A DNA stretch of 64,000 nucleotides from Squalus acanthias (Eukaryota). A model generated the notes under the pieces. It had not been told where the DNA came from. It did not search any database and saw nothing but the letters and a program-made list of their open reading frames with translations. The first letter of the stretch is position 1, and the number at the start of each line of letters is the position of its first letter. The stretch is taken from NCBI GenBank assembly GCA_030390025.1, contig CM059432.1, forward strand, positions 77,440,001-77,504,000. The letters run 5' to 3'. This document shows, one piece after another, positions 62,431 to 64,000 of the stretch. The translations under genes were made by a program, and so were the position numbers.

Positions 62431-64000
62431 TTTCTGTAAGGGATTCTGACCCTGCGTGTCTCGCAGCCTGTGAGATTCACGCGGCTCTGTGCAGCCTGTA
62501 TGTCAGTGCGGGTCTAGGCCTTGTTGCCTGTTCTGGTCTCCAGCCAGTCTGGGAACACTAGACACACCTGTGAGTGGTTCGAATCACTCGCCCTTACGGT
62601 TCTAGACACTGGACTTAGATGCGAGAGCAGTAATGGAGATGAAACTCATGTAGACTCGGTTGAATGGTACGAAATGGAAAATCTTTATTGCATGATACTT
62701 AAGATTATGAAATACATGTCATAAGCACAGATTAATGACAGTACAATCTTACAAGCAGTTATATAGTCGATCTTAGGGAAACGAGGAACGAACGGCACAT
62801 AGTAAATAGGGGCACACATTACAAATATCCTTAATCCTTAAACCCTCCCCTATCAATATCTATCCTAACTAGATTCGTAGGATTTCGAGACTCATGCTCA
62901 CCACTCGTGATAACTCGGAGAAATTCCGAATAGCTGATCGGATGTTTTTCACCGCAGCACCCACGTGTCGGTCAGGAGATCTCCTGGTCCCACTTGTTTA
63001 CTTGCTTCTGCTGCTCCGGCTAGCAGGCTGGACCGTCTGCTGTGATGAAGACCTGTGTTGGTTGGTTTAACAGGTACTTTCCGAGCACAGTTGTCAATAT
63101 CATCGATGTGATATGTTCTTTGCAAGTTCGAAGAAGTCTTCCTGGCAAGGAAAACTTGGCTATTCGACCTACAGGCGCGGTCGGGATTTACTGACCGTGG
63201 CGATGGATATGGTCTTCCTCTCTTCTCATCTCATCTCATCTCATCTCGGGCCTTTGGTTCCGCTGCCAGTTACCAACATAGGTCTTCGTTACGCGACACG
63301 AGGTAGATCCGAATGGATCAGAAAGTTCAACAGTCTTTTTCAAAAAGGCAACAGGCAAGCAGGAGCCCGACTACGAGTACACAGGAGCAGCCACGAGGTT
63401 ACGAAATAAGATAAGAGCACAGGAGCAGCCACGATGATAAGAGTCGATCGGATAAGAGAAAGATGGACGGTTTGGAGCCTGCAATTATAGTGCAAAATCT
63501 TCCGTTTCCCGCCCAACCTTAATGTCCATTCTTTTGTTTAGGGTCTGGCGCTCAAATGTCTTGTATGGGTGATCTCCGTTCTTAATGGGTTTCGGGGCTA
63601 CTCGTAAATGTCTGAGTACCTGTTAATATTTCTCCCATTGTTAAATCGGTCGGTGTTCTCCCTGGAGGGGTTGTGGGGCTTCCAAGTGTTTTGTATAACT
63701 ACCTGCTAACGGCTCTCTCATCGTAGAGTCGTTGGGATTTTACATATTAATGTCTTTTGGATGGGCCCTTGATTACTCGGTACAATAGCTTTCATTTGTA
63801 CCTGGGAGACCGATTTCAGTATTTATGTGTATACTGCAAACCCATAATGTCTCGTGTATTATCTTCACTGTGCTGAATCTTAATCGATCTTGCACAAATG
63901 TTTATTGGAACGCCATCTTGTCTGCCTGTTGAAAAGTCTAGAATGTTCTGTCACGAGGTGCGGCGGCCATTTTACAGGCTGCTTGTGTCCACTTTAAACC

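Larger units (their letters stand above)
57835..64000 (-). mobile_element. Pol-less retrovirus-like element: leader/LTR - gag - readthrough ORF - env; 3'-truncated; 5' end unresolved
   Basis: Three long co-oriented ORFs; CpG-rich and free of nested insertions; no protease, RT, RNase H or integrase motif visible. Confidence 0.8.

Overview
Eukaryotic, repeat-dense genomic DNA. The repeat complement (CR1 LINEs, V-domain/HE1-type SINEs, Deu-domain SINEs, Penelope elements) points to a cartilaginous fish (inference). No host gene is recognisable. Bases 1-57.6 kb are nested transposons: CR1, L2 and other LINE fragments; at least four PIF/Harbinger families, including one near-complete two-gene element (32563-37139), deletion derivatives and MITEs; a Tigger-like MITE; SINEs; and Penelope pieces carrying minimal hammerhead ribozymes. 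The most unusual object is a pol-less retrovirus-like element on the minus strand (~57.8-64 kb). It has an intact 603-aa Gag with a coiled coil, overlapping PSAP/PPxY late domains, a capsid-like region and a CCHC knuckle. The gag stop lies in a UGA-CUAG readthrough context and is in frame with a 373-codon non-Pol extension. Next comes a probably spliced env with signal peptide, Ig-like domain, furin site and F-type fusion subunit, truncated before any transmembrane anchor. All calls are by eye. Boundaries are approximate where no TSD or TIR is given.
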